A stretch of DNA of 62,025 bases, filler included, from Globobulimina sp. (GCA_003354225.1; 21 parts of 21 records of this genome joined end to end with filler, not necessarily neighbours in it), one strand, 5' to 3'. Positions 22,108-33,857 are shown, counted from the first letter of the whole stretch. Numbers and translations are program-made. Notes: a model not told the origin generated them from the letters alone.

Positions 22108-23580
22108 TTAATTTACACTTTTTTTATAAAATAATAAAATCGCAGTGGCTTGATTGATCACTTTGGCAGCATCCATTCTTTTTATTTTCGAGTCATTTGC
22201 AAAATACCACTGATTCTCATTCATCCCTTTCACAAACGCCCAATAATGGCCATATTCTAAGCCCCCGCTATGATTACACACGGCGTACAATTCATACTTA
22301 TTCCCATCCAAAAATACCACGTGTTCGTAGCCAACGCAATCCTCAAATTTCTTTCCATAAAAATAGCGATCAATTCCGAATATCAACACCGCGGGAAAGC
22401 GAACAATTTTAGTTTCCTGTTTGAAGACTTGACAGGTTTGACCGCCGCAACTTCCTCGACAAATGACAACGGCGCCACGGTCCATTACCTTCGTACCACA
22501 GTACGTCTGATATCCACGCTCCATTTCCCGTATACAGGCACGGTCTGCCGACACAACCTTGTATTTCTTGGCAAATGCATTATACACTAAATGCGTTGCT
22601 TGCATTTGGTTCTCTGACAAGGCCTGGTAAGTAATCATGGCATTGGCCATGTTTTCCTTTTCGTCCTTGCTTTTAATAAATTCGACGATATCTTTGAAGT
22701 TCGCCACATTCCCGTCCAATTTATCTGCGATATCAATCACCAATTCGCCCGACACCTCGCTCATATCATACATATTCCATTGCAACTCACTTTCCTCTGC
22801 CATCCAGAAACAAACTATACTTAAAAACGCATCTTTCGAAAGTATCCGACATTCATACTTTGCATTCCCATCCAACAATACTTTTTCATCAAAATAAATC
22901 TGCTTCTTTGGATATCCCACCTTTGAAACTGCAGCAAAGGACTTGTTGTCACCTTCTTTGATTTCCTCGACTTGCAAATAACTCTCTTTTTCATCCACAG
23001 CACCCTCTTTATCTATAAATACATGGAATGTGTTAACCGCAACAAAATCATCGCCGCCTGCACCGACCACCGCAAATACAGATTGCCCAAACAATGCGGA
23101 ACAATTTTCCTTTTCGTCACAAGCTCGGATCCAGGCACCCACCGCATTGGTTTGCTGCGGTTTGATATAAAACATTGATATTTGATTGATGTCATTAAGC
23201 TCCATATGTCCACCGGAAGCCACTTCGTAATATATTTGATAGCGTAATGTTTGAAGGGGGCAATAATCCAAAACAACAAACTTCGCTCGAAACATCGGAG
23301 CAGCTGTTTTCAAGCAAGGGATATAAATATCGACAGACACTGAAATGCTGCGATCCTGCAAAGGCAGCAATATTTTATCTTTTACATCATATCGCGGCTC
23401 GGTCCAACCACACTGCAAACACGTAAATATATTCTGTTCTACGAAATGTATAGAATCGCGAATTATGGATTCCGTCTCCGGATTATATTTCCACCACTCA
23501 CACTCCAACAATTCGTCTTCATCCATCTCAGTCGAACCGTCATCATACCACGAACCGGAATGTTTATTTGTTAGCGGTCT
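22108..23580 (-). CDS. Ubiquitin-specific protease, C-terminal half (5' truncated)
   Basis: His box YELYAVCNHSGGLEYGHYWA..WYFANDS..AILLFY. Confidence 0.88.
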   Translation of the reverse strand, partial: RPLTNKHSGSWYDDGSTEMDEDELLECEWWKYNPETESIIRDSIHFVEQNIFTCLQCGWTEPRYDVKDKILLPLQDRSISVSVDIYIPCLKTAAPMFRAKFVVLDYCPLQTLRYQIYYEVASGGHMELNDINQISMFYIKPQQTNAVGAWIRACDEKENCSALFGQSVFAVVGAGGDDFVAVNTFHVFIDKEGAVDEKESYLQVEEIKEGDNKSFAAVSKVGYPKKQIYFDEKVLLDGNAKYECRILSKDAFLSIVCFWMAEESELQWNMYDMSEVSGELVIDIADKLDGNVANFKDIVEFIKSKDEKENMANAMITYQALSENQMQATHLVYNAFAKKYKVVSADRACIREMERGYQTYCGTKVMDRGAVVICRGSCGGQTCQVFKQETKIVRFPAVLIFGIDRYFYGKKFEDCVGYEHVVFLDGNKYELYAVCNHSGGLEYGHYWAFVKGMNENQWYFANDSKIKRMDAAKVINQATAILLFYKKSVN

Positions 23581-23680
23581 NNNNNNNNNNNNNNNNNNNN
23601 NNNNNNNNNNNNNNNNNNNNNNNNTTAATTAATTAANNNNNNNNNNNNNNNNNNNNNNNNNNNNNNNNNNNNNNNNNNNN

Positions 23681-23981
23681 AAAACTCGCTAAATATTCTC
23701 TGTCCGCTGCTATCCGCAGTTTGTCGCTCATTTAATATTTCATAATATATCAACCCCGCAATCACTCGTTTTATCGGTTGACAGTCATTGACTTTATGCA
23801 TACATTTATCACTCTCATTATCCGTTTCATCTGCTTTATTTTCTAAAAACATATCAAAATCGATTAATGGTTTGGAGGTATCATCGTTTTGCTTGTTTGC
23901 TTTGTTATGACTTTGTTCATTTGATTGAATTGTTGGTGGGACTGAGCGTTGTTTGTTTTCTTTTGATTGTTTACTGTCCAT
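23681..23981 (-). CDS. Hypothetical protein N-terminus (3' truncated)
   Basis: ATG-initiated ORF open to the contig edge; C-x5-C..IKRV..L.YY motif. Confidence 0.5.
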
Positions 23982-24262
23982 TGCGTACTTTGCCTGTTCA
24001 GTAAAAAGAAAATTTATTTATGGTTTAAAATGTGAGATGACATTGATTTAATTGTAAGCATATATATTATATGCATTGTGCACTGTGATTAGAAATTGGA
24101 TGTGATAGCACTCAAAAAGTGGGTTAATTGTGATGTACGTCATTGGCAATAATTGCGGCTATTTATACGCAATGAGCATAATATTATAAATATGTTGCGG
24201 ATACAATAATGCGTTATAATTTTGTTGTATTAATTCCTATTACGAACCTGCATAAATATACA

Positions 24263-24383
24263 TACTTTAGAATCCGCACATTGTTTGAAACACATTGTTT
24301 TGTTGGGAGATGGTGAAGACCTCTCCATAGGTTTTAAAATTTTTCTAAAACGCGGTGTTTCAAACAGGTCCTATTCTAAAGTA
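24263..24383. mobile_element. MITE-like element with ~30-bp imperfect TIRs, TA at both ends
   Basis: tactttagaat...tgtttgaaacac / gtgtttcaaaca...attctaaagta; the right end recurs (26/27) at 49270-49296. Confidence 0.6.
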
Positions 24384-24855
24384 TATTTTCAGTTTTCAAT
24401 GATTTGATGCACATTAAGTTCATTGCGTATTTATTTTGAAATCAATATCAATCGTATTTTGAGTGTGATCACATCCATAATTTCTAATCACAGCGCGCGT
24501 GGAATGCATATAACATTAATTGGTTTATTTGGTTATATATGCTTAGGTATCGTATTTAAATCAGACTATACTAAACTGGGATGGTGGCAAGGTACACGTG
24601 GCAAAATAACTAAATCGTTTTGGAAGCCAGTAACAATGTCAAACACGCCTAAGACGGATGAAACAAATGACGTTGCCCGACATTGGGATGATTGTATGTT
24701 TACTGATTTATATTGCACAAAATTTGGCAGTGCAACAGATATGAAATAATCTACGATGAGTGTGTAATGTGTATAAATTTCAATGAAAGAGTTACAATTC
24801 ACACTAGAAAAAAAAACAGAGAAAAAAATAAAAATAAATAAAAAAAAAAACACAA

Positions 24856-26539
24856 TCAATCAATTTCAAGTCTGTTATGTGGGGATACGTAAGAAATTGA
24901 ATTACCATTTTTATTTAATAACTGATTGTCATCATTTTCATCATCAACGTCATACTCATAATCATCATCTGCTAATTCCGAGGTAAATTCATCAACATCT
25001 TCTTCTTCGTCTTCTTCTTCTTCCTCATCATAATTATAGCTATGACTATGACTGTTATTCGTATTGCTGTTCGAACTCGACACTAATTCCACATTTTCAG
25101 ATTCATCACACACCGAAATATTATTCATATCATTCATATTCACATCATTTTTTCTCTTAAATACTTTCGCCAATTTATGACTAACATTTGTTTTTATTCT
25201 GGTTTTGCTTTCTTTCGTACCGCCACCAATCCCATTTTCATCATTATTGGTAATACCAATATCAATGTCAAGTCCATCCGCATCACCTCCAACCTCCGAA
25301 TCCTCCGCGTCATCATCTTGCAATCGGTCAAAACGGTGCCTTTTCCCTTTTTGCTTAGACACAATAAACCCAATGATACAAATTAAAAATAAAAAAGCAA
25401 TAATAACACATGCCACCACCACTTGTCTCCGCCCTCTGCCATCAACACCAACCTCTCTCGTCATTGTACTGTTAAATACGTCATGCGGACAGTCAACGGA
25501 AGCCACCTTATTCCCAACATCCATTCCTTTCCATTTGCCATTGCATTCCGACACATCCACAGAGTCCACAGACGCATCGCACTCCAAATAATATGTCAAA
25601 TTATTCTCCAAATCGTTAGAAATCATCCACTGCTCCTCGTATTTTATAAACATAACACCTTCTTCCTTCCGATAATAAGCATGACCATTATGCACAGCCT
25701 CCATTTTCAGATACCGCCCATTTGCCAACTCGCTCGAATTAGAGATACAAATTGCATTTGGCGCAGACACTGCTGCTTCGACATCGACAGCACAGCTCGT
25801 AATGTTATGCGTGGCGGTGATATGGACCTCTTTGCCGGACCACGAAGTGTGCCAATAACCATTGCATTGTTGGATGTCTCTGCTTGTTCTGGAATGCTCA
25901 CAATACAAATAATAAGACTGTGCGCAATAACTCCGATACACAATCCACTGCTTCCTTGTATCCACAGTGCCGTCGCCATCGATGTCGCCCATCACAACTT
26001 CTTCGTATTTGACATACACAAAAGGTTTTTGCTGCGACGGGAAATATGATTTGATGTAAGCCGGATAGCCATGATAGGAACCATTCAATTTATAAATGCC
26101 CGCTAGCGATGGGTCGGCAACATGCGACAAACAGATAAAATCATAGAAATATGCGAGTTGCGTCGCATTTGCACTCAGAGGCTGCGAACCGCAGTATTTT
26201 GTACTGATTGGTGGGGAAATAATTGGTGCGATTGAAGGGGCATTGCTTTGTGGAACGATAATGTCATCGGCGCAGAGTCCAAATTGCAAGGAAATGTCCA
26301 CTGTGTCGTCGTCGTTGAACCAGTTTGTGATCCAATGGCCATTACACTGAGTGGGGTCCTGTGACATCTCCGAAAGTCGCGAATAATACGTTTTTGCCCA
26401 CGAAGCGTTGCAATAAAAATAGAAGTTTTGAGTGTGGAATTTGCGATAAATAATCCAGCCAAACGGGCCATTTTCATCCCAATATTCGTTTTGATTCGAA
26501 TCGTCTTCGAATTTTATGTAAACCCAAGGCTTATTTTGT
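24856..26539 (-). CDS. Type I membrane protein with repeated Cys/Trp/Tyr extracellular modules and acidic cytoplasmic tail (5' truncated)
   Basis: Frame open to the contig edge. At least 3 modules ending in CNGxW; TM VVVACVIIAFLFLICIIGFIV followed by a basic stop-transfer segment. Confidence 0.75.
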
Positions 26540-26639
26540 NNNNNNNNNNNNNNNNNNNNNNNNNNNNNNNNNNNNNNNNNNNNTTAATTAATTAANNNNN
26601 NNNNNNNNNNNNNNNNNNNNNNNNNNNNNNNNNNNNNNN

Positions 26640-27340
26640 CATTTATGTGTTTCTTCGAATAATATAAAACCGATAACAAAGGAGCCCCATCCCACGCGAC
26701 TCACTGTGAACAGAAATGCAAATAACAGCTCACATATATTTGCCAAAGGATGCTGTTTTAATCCTATATCTTTCATCATATTTCGCATCGAAAAGAATAT
26801 TGTAGACACTTCATATAAAACCAACAAATAACAAATCAGAATGGCTCCGACTGACGTTTTAGTAACGTACACAACAAAGGAAACAACCAATGCGTGATGG
26901 ACCAAATATAAAATTGATTTTAAAACTGCTGTCAAATCATCAGTTTGCATGGCAGCCTTGAGATTGCTGCAAATGATGATTGTATCCGCCAAAATGTGTC
27001 CAATTGTTATACAAAGAACAATTATCTGTTTTAATTTGCAATACAAACACATAAATTTATTTATATAATATTAATATACCTCTTGTTCTGTATTTTCATC
27101 GAAAAATGTATTGTTATCATTGAATAAAACTATATCATATCCTAACAAAATAATCACTGATGAATTAAATAATGAAATGACGTATTGGTCAAAAATTTTA
27201 GTTTTTCCGAGGGGTATTCTTATTTTCATCCGTAATATAATGTAGCTGCATATGCATATCAAAAACCAACTTATTATCAAAATAACATCGCCAACAGCCA
27301 AACCAAAAAAAACAATTTTGTTCAGCATGATCATTTTCAT
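26640..27340 (-). CDS. TLC (TRAM/LAG1/CLN8) domain membrane protein (intron 27026-27079; 3' truncated)
   Basis: GHILAD, YLVHH, YEVSTIF, FTVSR. Confidence 0.85.
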
Positions 27341-27387
27341 TAAGTAATTAATGGTTTTTTTTCTTTAAAACTTTAAGTAAAGTTGGC

Positions 27388-27894
27388 ATGGCGTGGCATC
27401 AAACTATTGTTACTTTACCAAAACATAAACGGGGATTTCATTGGGTTACTGAATATTTTACAAAGATTAAAGAGATTCAACAATTTAAAGTGGGTCAAAT
27501 GCATATTTTTCTTCAAGATAATGATGCATCTATCACCTTATGTGAATCTTGGGATCACTCAGTCACTCAAGATATGGAAACTATTTTTAATCGAATTGTA
27601 CCAGATTCACTCAATGAAAAGCAATATAAAAATAAAAATAAACATAATAAAGAACAAAAAGATGATAATAATGAGGCGAAGAATGAAGATGTTAATGATA
27701 ATACTAAGCAACAAAAACCCCAAAATGTTCAAATTGTGCCACGAGCAAAGAATATTCTCATTGGCAATGATGTAACAATTCCAATATCAAATGGATCGTT
27801 AAAAATGGGAACATGGCAAGGAATATGGTTTTGTGAACATACCAATAATGCGCCATCAAGAAAATTCATTATAACTATCAACGGTTTGAAATAA
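27388..27894 (+). CDS. YjbQ/UPF0047-family protein, divergent
   Basis: RGFHWVT, GTWQGIWFCEH, SRKFIITING. Confidence 0.9.
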   Translation: MAWHQTIVTLPKHKRGFHWVTEYFTKIKEIQQFKVGQMHIFLQDNDASITLCESWDHSVTQDMETIFNRIVPDSLNEKQYKNKNKHNKEQKDDNNEAKNEDVNDNTKQQKPQNVQIVPRAKNILIGNDVTIPISNGSLKMGTWQGIWFCEHTNNAPSRKFIITINGLK

Positions 27895-28037
27895 ACCACA
27901 ATTGCAACATAACTGCAATTCTCACAGTAAGTAATGTATAATAGCTATAGTCAGCCAAGTCAATAACCGTAAATTTAAAACTAAGCCAACCGAAGTCAGT
28001 AACTGTAAATACAAATTCTGAAAATCCTATCTGGAGC

Positions 28038-29498
28038 ATGGAAACCGTAGGCAGTGAGAAAAAAACAAATTTCCACAAAGACGGCACCACTCGCGTGTAT
28101 TCTATAGATGGATTAGAAAACCTGATAAGTAAAAATATGCATTCATTGTTGAACGACGCAGAATTGCATGACGTTATCTTTGTGGTCGGCAAAGACCATG
28201 ATACACAAAAGGAATTTTACGGAATACGAGCCTTATTTGCCATCCATTCGCCAGTATTACGTCGAATGCTGTACGGATCGATGATGGAATCTCAATTAGA
28301 AAACAAAGTGTATATCAATGATTGTACAGTATCATCCTTTGCATTTCTGCAGCAATTCTTTTATGGATTAAATCCATTATTAAACGAATCCATTATTGTG
28401 GATATCTTATATATCTCCAAAAAATATCTAATCACCGAATTAGAGCATGCCTGCATTGATTACATTTCATCCATAAAAAATATCGAATCTGTCTTAAATA
28501 TTTTGTCCCGGCTATATAACTTATCATTAATTGATGTGTGTCTATCCATTCTATGTAAACATCAAGTTTTGCAAAATAAATCTGATGAAATGTGGAATTC
28601 GCAGCGATTGTTGTCTTTGCCGAAGGAGATTATTGTTCGATTGTTGCAGTTAAGCTGCGCCGACATGAAAGAGGAAGTTATCTGGGAATCGTGTGTGGAA
28701 TGGAGCAAATATCAAAGTTCAAAATCAAAATCTAAAGCAGCAACGCTTTCAGGTTCAGGGTCAAATTCAAAATCGAAATTTGCGAAATCGACGCATGCGC
28801 AGCTGCAGTCTGCGAGGAATGACTTGAATGTGGAAGCATTGCTACACAATGCAGATGCGGACGATGTTAAAGTATTCCATCGCAATGAGGAAGAGACAAA
28901 TAAGCGGCAATTGCAATATAAGCATATTGTGAGTGATGGCTATGATGGGCAATGGAGGAAACATATAATGCCATTATTACCATTCATACGTTTCCCGTTA
29001 ATGGATTCGAAATATTTTGTTCATAATATATCGCGTTTGGGAGTGCTGAGCGACAAAGAAATCATCGGAATAATGTCGTATTACTTGGACAATACGGAGA
29101 TAAATGGATTATCGTTTTCCTATCATCGACGGATAAATGAATTTTCGTTTAATATTTATTGTGGTCGTTATGGATTTGTGTCTGATTCCGGCCGAACAAT
29201 AAATGTTACAAATAATAAAAAGAAATGTTTATTTTCATCATCGACAACGTGGAATTACGGCATTCATCGCTGGCGATATAATATATTTGAATGCTATGTG
29301 ATCGCAGTTGGGATAATTAAAGATTATAAAATATGCAATATGGCTGATCAAACTTTATTGGATTCCTCATTATCATATTTTAATTCGTGTGGTGGTATGT
29401 GATGTGATGTGACTAAGTGTTGATATGCTAACAAATAACACTATAAATATAATAAAGGGGACTGTTATATGGGAGAGGAACAGAAATTGGACGATTTG
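28038..29498 (+). CDS. BTB/BACK protein with C-terminal SPRY-like domain (3' truncated; intron near 29396-29457)
   Basis: DVIFVVG, SPVLRRMLYGSMMES, KKYLI.EL, IRFPLM; WNYGIHRW..VGI. Confidence 0.88.
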
Positions 29499-29732
29499 NN
29501 NNNNNNNNNNNNNNNNNNNNNNNNNNNNNNNNNNNNNNNNNNTTAATTAATTAANNNNNNNNNNNNNNNNNNNNNNNNNNNNNNNNNNNNNNNNNNNNTG
29601 ATACTCTGTGCCTGCCATTGCAAAGAAACGGGGGTGGTGTTATGGTTGCGCTGTTAGATGATTCACGTAAGGTCACTGGGTCTCGCATCAGTTTGAGTTT
29701 TTACTCACTTGCTTTCAACTCCTAAATATGAT

Positions 29733-31226
29733 ATGAAGAGTGAAAGAAATAAGTCTTTATTGGGAGCAGCGAATCCAGAAAGTGTTGCTAGCGCTGAAAT
29801 TGTAGTAGATTCACCAAGTCCATCTGAACATTATTCACAGCAAAACTCGCGGAAAAAATCGAAATTAACATTATGGGATTTAATTCGAGATAAACCAAAC
29901 CGGTCATCGTTATTTGTGTTATGGGTGTTATTGGTAACGTATATGTTCAGTCAGGTTGACAGATATTTGCAGGCCATAACAGCCGAAGATATGCAAAAAG
30001 ATCAAAATTGGGGCAATAAAAAGGGTGGCGGATTTGAAGAGGACTTGTTGGTCGGCGCAGTGTTCACCGTCGTATACTTACCATCGGGTATACCCATGGC
30101 CTTTTTAGCGGACAGGTTCTCTGCACACAAAAAATATATATTAGCCGCCGCATTCAGTCTGTGGTCGTTGGCAACATTGGCCACCGGATTTACAAACACA
30201 TATTGGCAAGTCATGTTTTTCCGATTTCTGTTAGCCGTCGGCGAGTCTGCCTGCACTCCGTTGGCCGGATCAATAATATCCGAACATTTTTCACGCGAAG
30301 CAAGAACCACAGCGCTTGGCATTTATAATTGGGGCATTTACACCGGATATAGTTTAGCCTACGGGGTTGCAAATGTCTTAACCGACGACACAAACTGGCG
30401 CACTGTGTGGTGGCTCTTTGGTTTTACTGGCTTGGTGTGGAGTATTTATGTGTTAATGATTCCGAGGCCGCATATACAAAAAAGAAGAAAAATGAGTGCT
30501 TCTGCGGCTGCGCCTGACGAGAATAAGGATAAGGTGACGGTTTGTAATATAATTAAATATTTTGCAACCTCGCCATCATTGGTCATATTAATGTGTGCCT
30601 CGTTGATAAGGAATGCCGGCGGATATGTTTGGGCCTACAATGCCAAAGATTTTTTTACAAATGTTCGAAATCAATCTGGTGCACAACAAGCTTTATATAT
30701 GCAATGGATCCCGCTCATCGGTGGTTGTTTTGGCGCATTGTTAGGAGGCTACATTTCTGATCGTTTTGTGAAAAAATCACAACCATGGAAGAGGTTATTA
30801 ATATTGGTTTCTTCCAACTTAATTGCCGCTCCCTTTGCATTTTTGGCATTATGGCTACCGGCGCCATATTGCTATTTAATGCTAATCCCATCCAATGTGA
30901 TCGGTGAGATGTGGGTCGGAATCTGCATTGCTTTGGTTATTGAATTAGTTCCGTCAAAAATGAAAACAACTGCATTGTCAATATATTTCTTTTGGATTGG
31001 TATTGCCGGATTTTTCCCTTTATTGGTCACTCCGTTGCAAACATTGTTTTGTGGTCCTGCAAAACCAGCGAGTTGCAACACCGGCTTACAATGGAGTTTA
31101 GTGGCGCTGTTCCCTGGGCTTTATCTCTTGTCATCAGTAATATTCTTCGCATCAATGGTATTTTTAAAACGTGACAGAAAACGAGCAAAAACGCAACATA
31201 TACGGTTAAACACTGGAAATATTTAA
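29733..31226 (+). CDS. MFS transporter, spinster-like
   Basis: SQVDR, LADR, RFLLAVGESACTP..IISEHF, GYISDR; about 12 hydrophobic segments. Confidence 0.92.
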   Translation: MKSERNKSLLGAANPESVASAEIVVDSPSPSEHYSQQNSRKKSKLTLWDLIRDKPNRSSLFVLWVLLVTYMFSQVDRYLQAITAEDMQKDQNWGNKKGGGFEEDLLVGAVFTVVYLPSGIPMAFLADRFSAHKKYILAAAFSLWSLATLATGFTNTYWQVMFFRFLLAVGESACTPLAGSIISEHFSREARTTALGIYNWGIYTGYSLAYGVANVLTDDTNWRTVWWLFGFTGLVWSIYVLMIPRPHIQKRRKMSASAAAPDENKDKVTVCNIIKYFATSPSLVILMCASLIRNAGGYVWAYNAKDFFTNVRNQSGAQQALYMQWIPLIGGCFGALLGGYISDRFVKKSQPWKRLLILVSSNLIAAPFAFLALWLPAPYCYLMLIPSNVIGEMWVGICIALVIELVPSKMKTTALSIYFFWIGIAGFFPLLVTPLQTLFCGPAKPASCNTGLQWSLVALFPGLYLLSSVIFFASMVFLKRDRKRAKTQHIRLNTGNI

Positions 31227-31325
31227 ATAATTATAACTATGTCTTTTGATTCATTGTAAGATATCTTGCCAAATTGAACTAGTTATCTTTGAGTAGACAA
31301 AACTTTGAGTAAACAAACTCCAATC

Positions 31326-32357
31326 ATGGAACCAAAGAGATTGTTTGAAAACAAAATGGAGTCTGTTTTAAATAATAGTGTGGGTGATATAAATAATAGT
31401 GATCCAATTCCCATTGCAAGCGATATAAATAATAGTGACGAAAAGAAAGAGCTGGCGATTGATAATTTTAATGAGGGAGTAGTTGTATTGTTGCATGATG
31501 CGGACACAAATGATGTCTATGCGGATGATACAAATGATGGCGATGCCGACGCGGTGGATCTCGACGTAGATGTTCCGGGTGTTATTGTTGCCAATAACGA
31601 GGAGCATATAAATATAATGAAAATCTTTAAAAAATTTAAATGTTCACGAATAATTTTATCATATTTACGTTTATCGCATATTGTGTCGTTATCATTTTTG
31701 TCAAAGGCATTGTATAAAATGGTAAATAAATATTACTGCGATTGCATAAACTTAGATTTGTCAGAGTATTACGGCGTGATTGGGAGTCCAGAATTCGATC
31801 ACCAGTCTTTTATGAACGATTTCTTGCCAAAATTCAAGGCGGTCCAATCATTATCATTGCGATATTGTAGCCATTTAAAAGTAGTCCATTTGGACAATAT
31901 TATCAAAGCATTAACCCCTGAAAATGTAAAAAATGCGGAACAAAAAGTGAATGCGTCGGATGACAATATTAAAAATGAAGAAATAAAGTCGTTAAACCTA
32001 TATTTTTGTAGTCGTTTGGGTTCGCGCGCATTATGGAAGATATCGTCGCGTTTAATAAATTTAGAATATTTAAATTTGGCGCGTTGTTATGCAATAACCG
32101 CAGATAAAAACATAAACGGATTAAAATTATTAGGCAGTTTACCCTTAAAAACATTGGCAATTTCATTACATCCTTCGATACAAAGCAATGAAGCCATTGA
32201 TGTTTATTCCTTATTAATTGATGACGATTCATTTCGATCTTTAAAAACATTGGATTTAAGTCATGGATGTGAAGTTTTGCATGAAATGGAAGACCTTTCC
32301 GATTTGACACTTTTAAAAAAAATACACATTATAAAACCAGCTCAACATAATAAATAA
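31326..32357 (+). CDS. F-box-like / leucine-rich repeat protein
   Basis: IILSYL..VSLSFLSKALY, then LSLRYC, LNLYFC, LNLARC, LDLSHGC. Confidence 0.75.
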   Translation: MEPKRLFENKMESVLNNSVGDINNSDPIPIASDINNSDEKKELAIDNFNEGVVVLLHDADTNDVYADDTNDGDADAVDLDVDVPGVIVANNEEHINIMKIFKKFKCSRIILSYLRLSHIVSLSFLSKALYKMVNKYYCDCINLDLSEYYGVIGSPEFDHQSFMNDFLPKFKAVQSLSLRYCSHLKVVHLDNIIKALTPENVKNAEQKVNASDDNIKNEEIKSLNLYFCSRLGSRALWKISSRLINLEYLNLARCYAITADKNINGLKLLGSLPLKTLAISLHPSIQSNEAIDVYSLLIDDDSFRSLKTLDLSHGCEVLHEMEDLSDLTLLKKIHIIKPAQHNK

Positions 32358-32681
32358 TCCATTTCTTTCATGTTTGTCATCGTAAAAAAGTATAACTAAA
32401 ATATAAATCATAGTTTTCGCGTTGGTCACAACTGTAAATATCTCACAGTCTGTCAANNNNNNNNNNNNNNNNNNNNNNNNNNNNNNNNNNNNNNNNNNNN
32501 TTAATTAATTAANNNNNNNNNNNNNNNNNNNNNNNNNNNNNNNNNNNNNNNNNNNNGTTTGACCAGCGCCAAAACTTCACAACTGTGTAAATGAAACATT
32601 GACTGTAATGTTTTTGAGAAAAACTTCATCAACAACATACTTTCTTTCTTTCATCAGTTGCTTAAACATTCGATTCCACAA

Positions 32682-33857
32682 ATGCAAATTGATCAGATAT
32701 TCATAAAGTTCGATTTAAACGGTAGAAGTACAGTAAGCATATCTTCGTTGCTGTCAACAAACACCATCGGAGAATTAAAACAACGCATTAGAGACAAGGA
32801 AGGATCAGATATGATTGAAGGTGTTCGATTAATTTATGCAGGAAAACAATTATCAAAAGATAATGCAACTTTGGCAGATTATAATATTCAAAACAACGCC
32901 ACATTGTTTGCTATATTGAGATTATTAGGAGGCGCAAATCCCGCCGCAGGTCAAGACTGCGAATTTGATGATGAAAAAGTTAAAATAAAATCAATTAAAT
33001 TAAATAGGTACAAAATTTAAAAATGATAAAGATTGGACAGGAAATTGTGAATATTAAATTAAAGAATGGTACATGTGAGATATGCTCAGATGAATTAAAA
33101 TTAGCTGTGTTGCATAATAATCATTCAATTTGTGCCAAATGTATGAGAGGGCATTGTTACGCGAAAGTATTTAATGGTGATTCCTCCATAAAATGTCCGA
33201 TTTCGTGTCAAAAAGAAATACCGCCATGTGTGGCATTCACTGTTGCCGGCTTATCTGATGATGAGTGGAAAGAGTGGGAATTACAAATTAATCAAAATGC
33301 TGCATGTTTTAAATCATGTCCAAACTGGAAATGCGGTCAATTTATAATGAAAGAAACTGAGGGACAGAGAGTTCTTTGTCCAAAATGTAAAGCATATGAA
33401 TTTTGTTGGGTATGTTTGCTAAGATGGAGAGGTGCTGATAACTTACACTGTGGCAATCCAACATGTTCTGTGGTTGCTGAAGCATTGAGGGCATTGGATG
33501 AATCGTGGAATGATCGGAGGAATCATGGAAAAGTAATTAGTTCCATGGCGCATGTACCGTTGATTAGAATTTGTCCAAATCCCGGATGTTTAAGAGTTAC
33601 GTTTAATTGTTGCATGTGTTCGTTGTGTGTAAAAATTATATGTTGTGTTTGTTATGTAAAAGGTTAACGAATATGATGATAAATGTAAGCATATGTGGTG
33701 TAAAGGGAAATCGGGATGTAATCATAATTATTGTCAAGCTTGTTTGAAGAAATGGGATGGCTGTAAATGCGCATTTTGTGAATTCCAAGGCGATGTACCA
33801 ACTTGCTCTGGAAGTTATAGTGCATGCAAAGTTGCTCCGTTACAGATATTCTTTTAA
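32682..33857 (+). CDS. Ubiquitin-like domain + RBR (RING-IBR-RING2) E3 ligase, 3 exons
   Basis: RLIYAGKQL..TLADYNIQ..LRLLGG; CEIC..H.IC.KC..CP; CPNWKC..CPKC..FCWVC. After the intron at 33596-33662: CPNPGC..DKCKHMWC..C..YCQAC. Confidence 0.9.

Noticed and set aside
24504-24749. Possible small secreted peptide ORF (MHITLIGLFGYICLG...)
   Set aside because: Short, no recognisable homology; cannot be supported without expression data.
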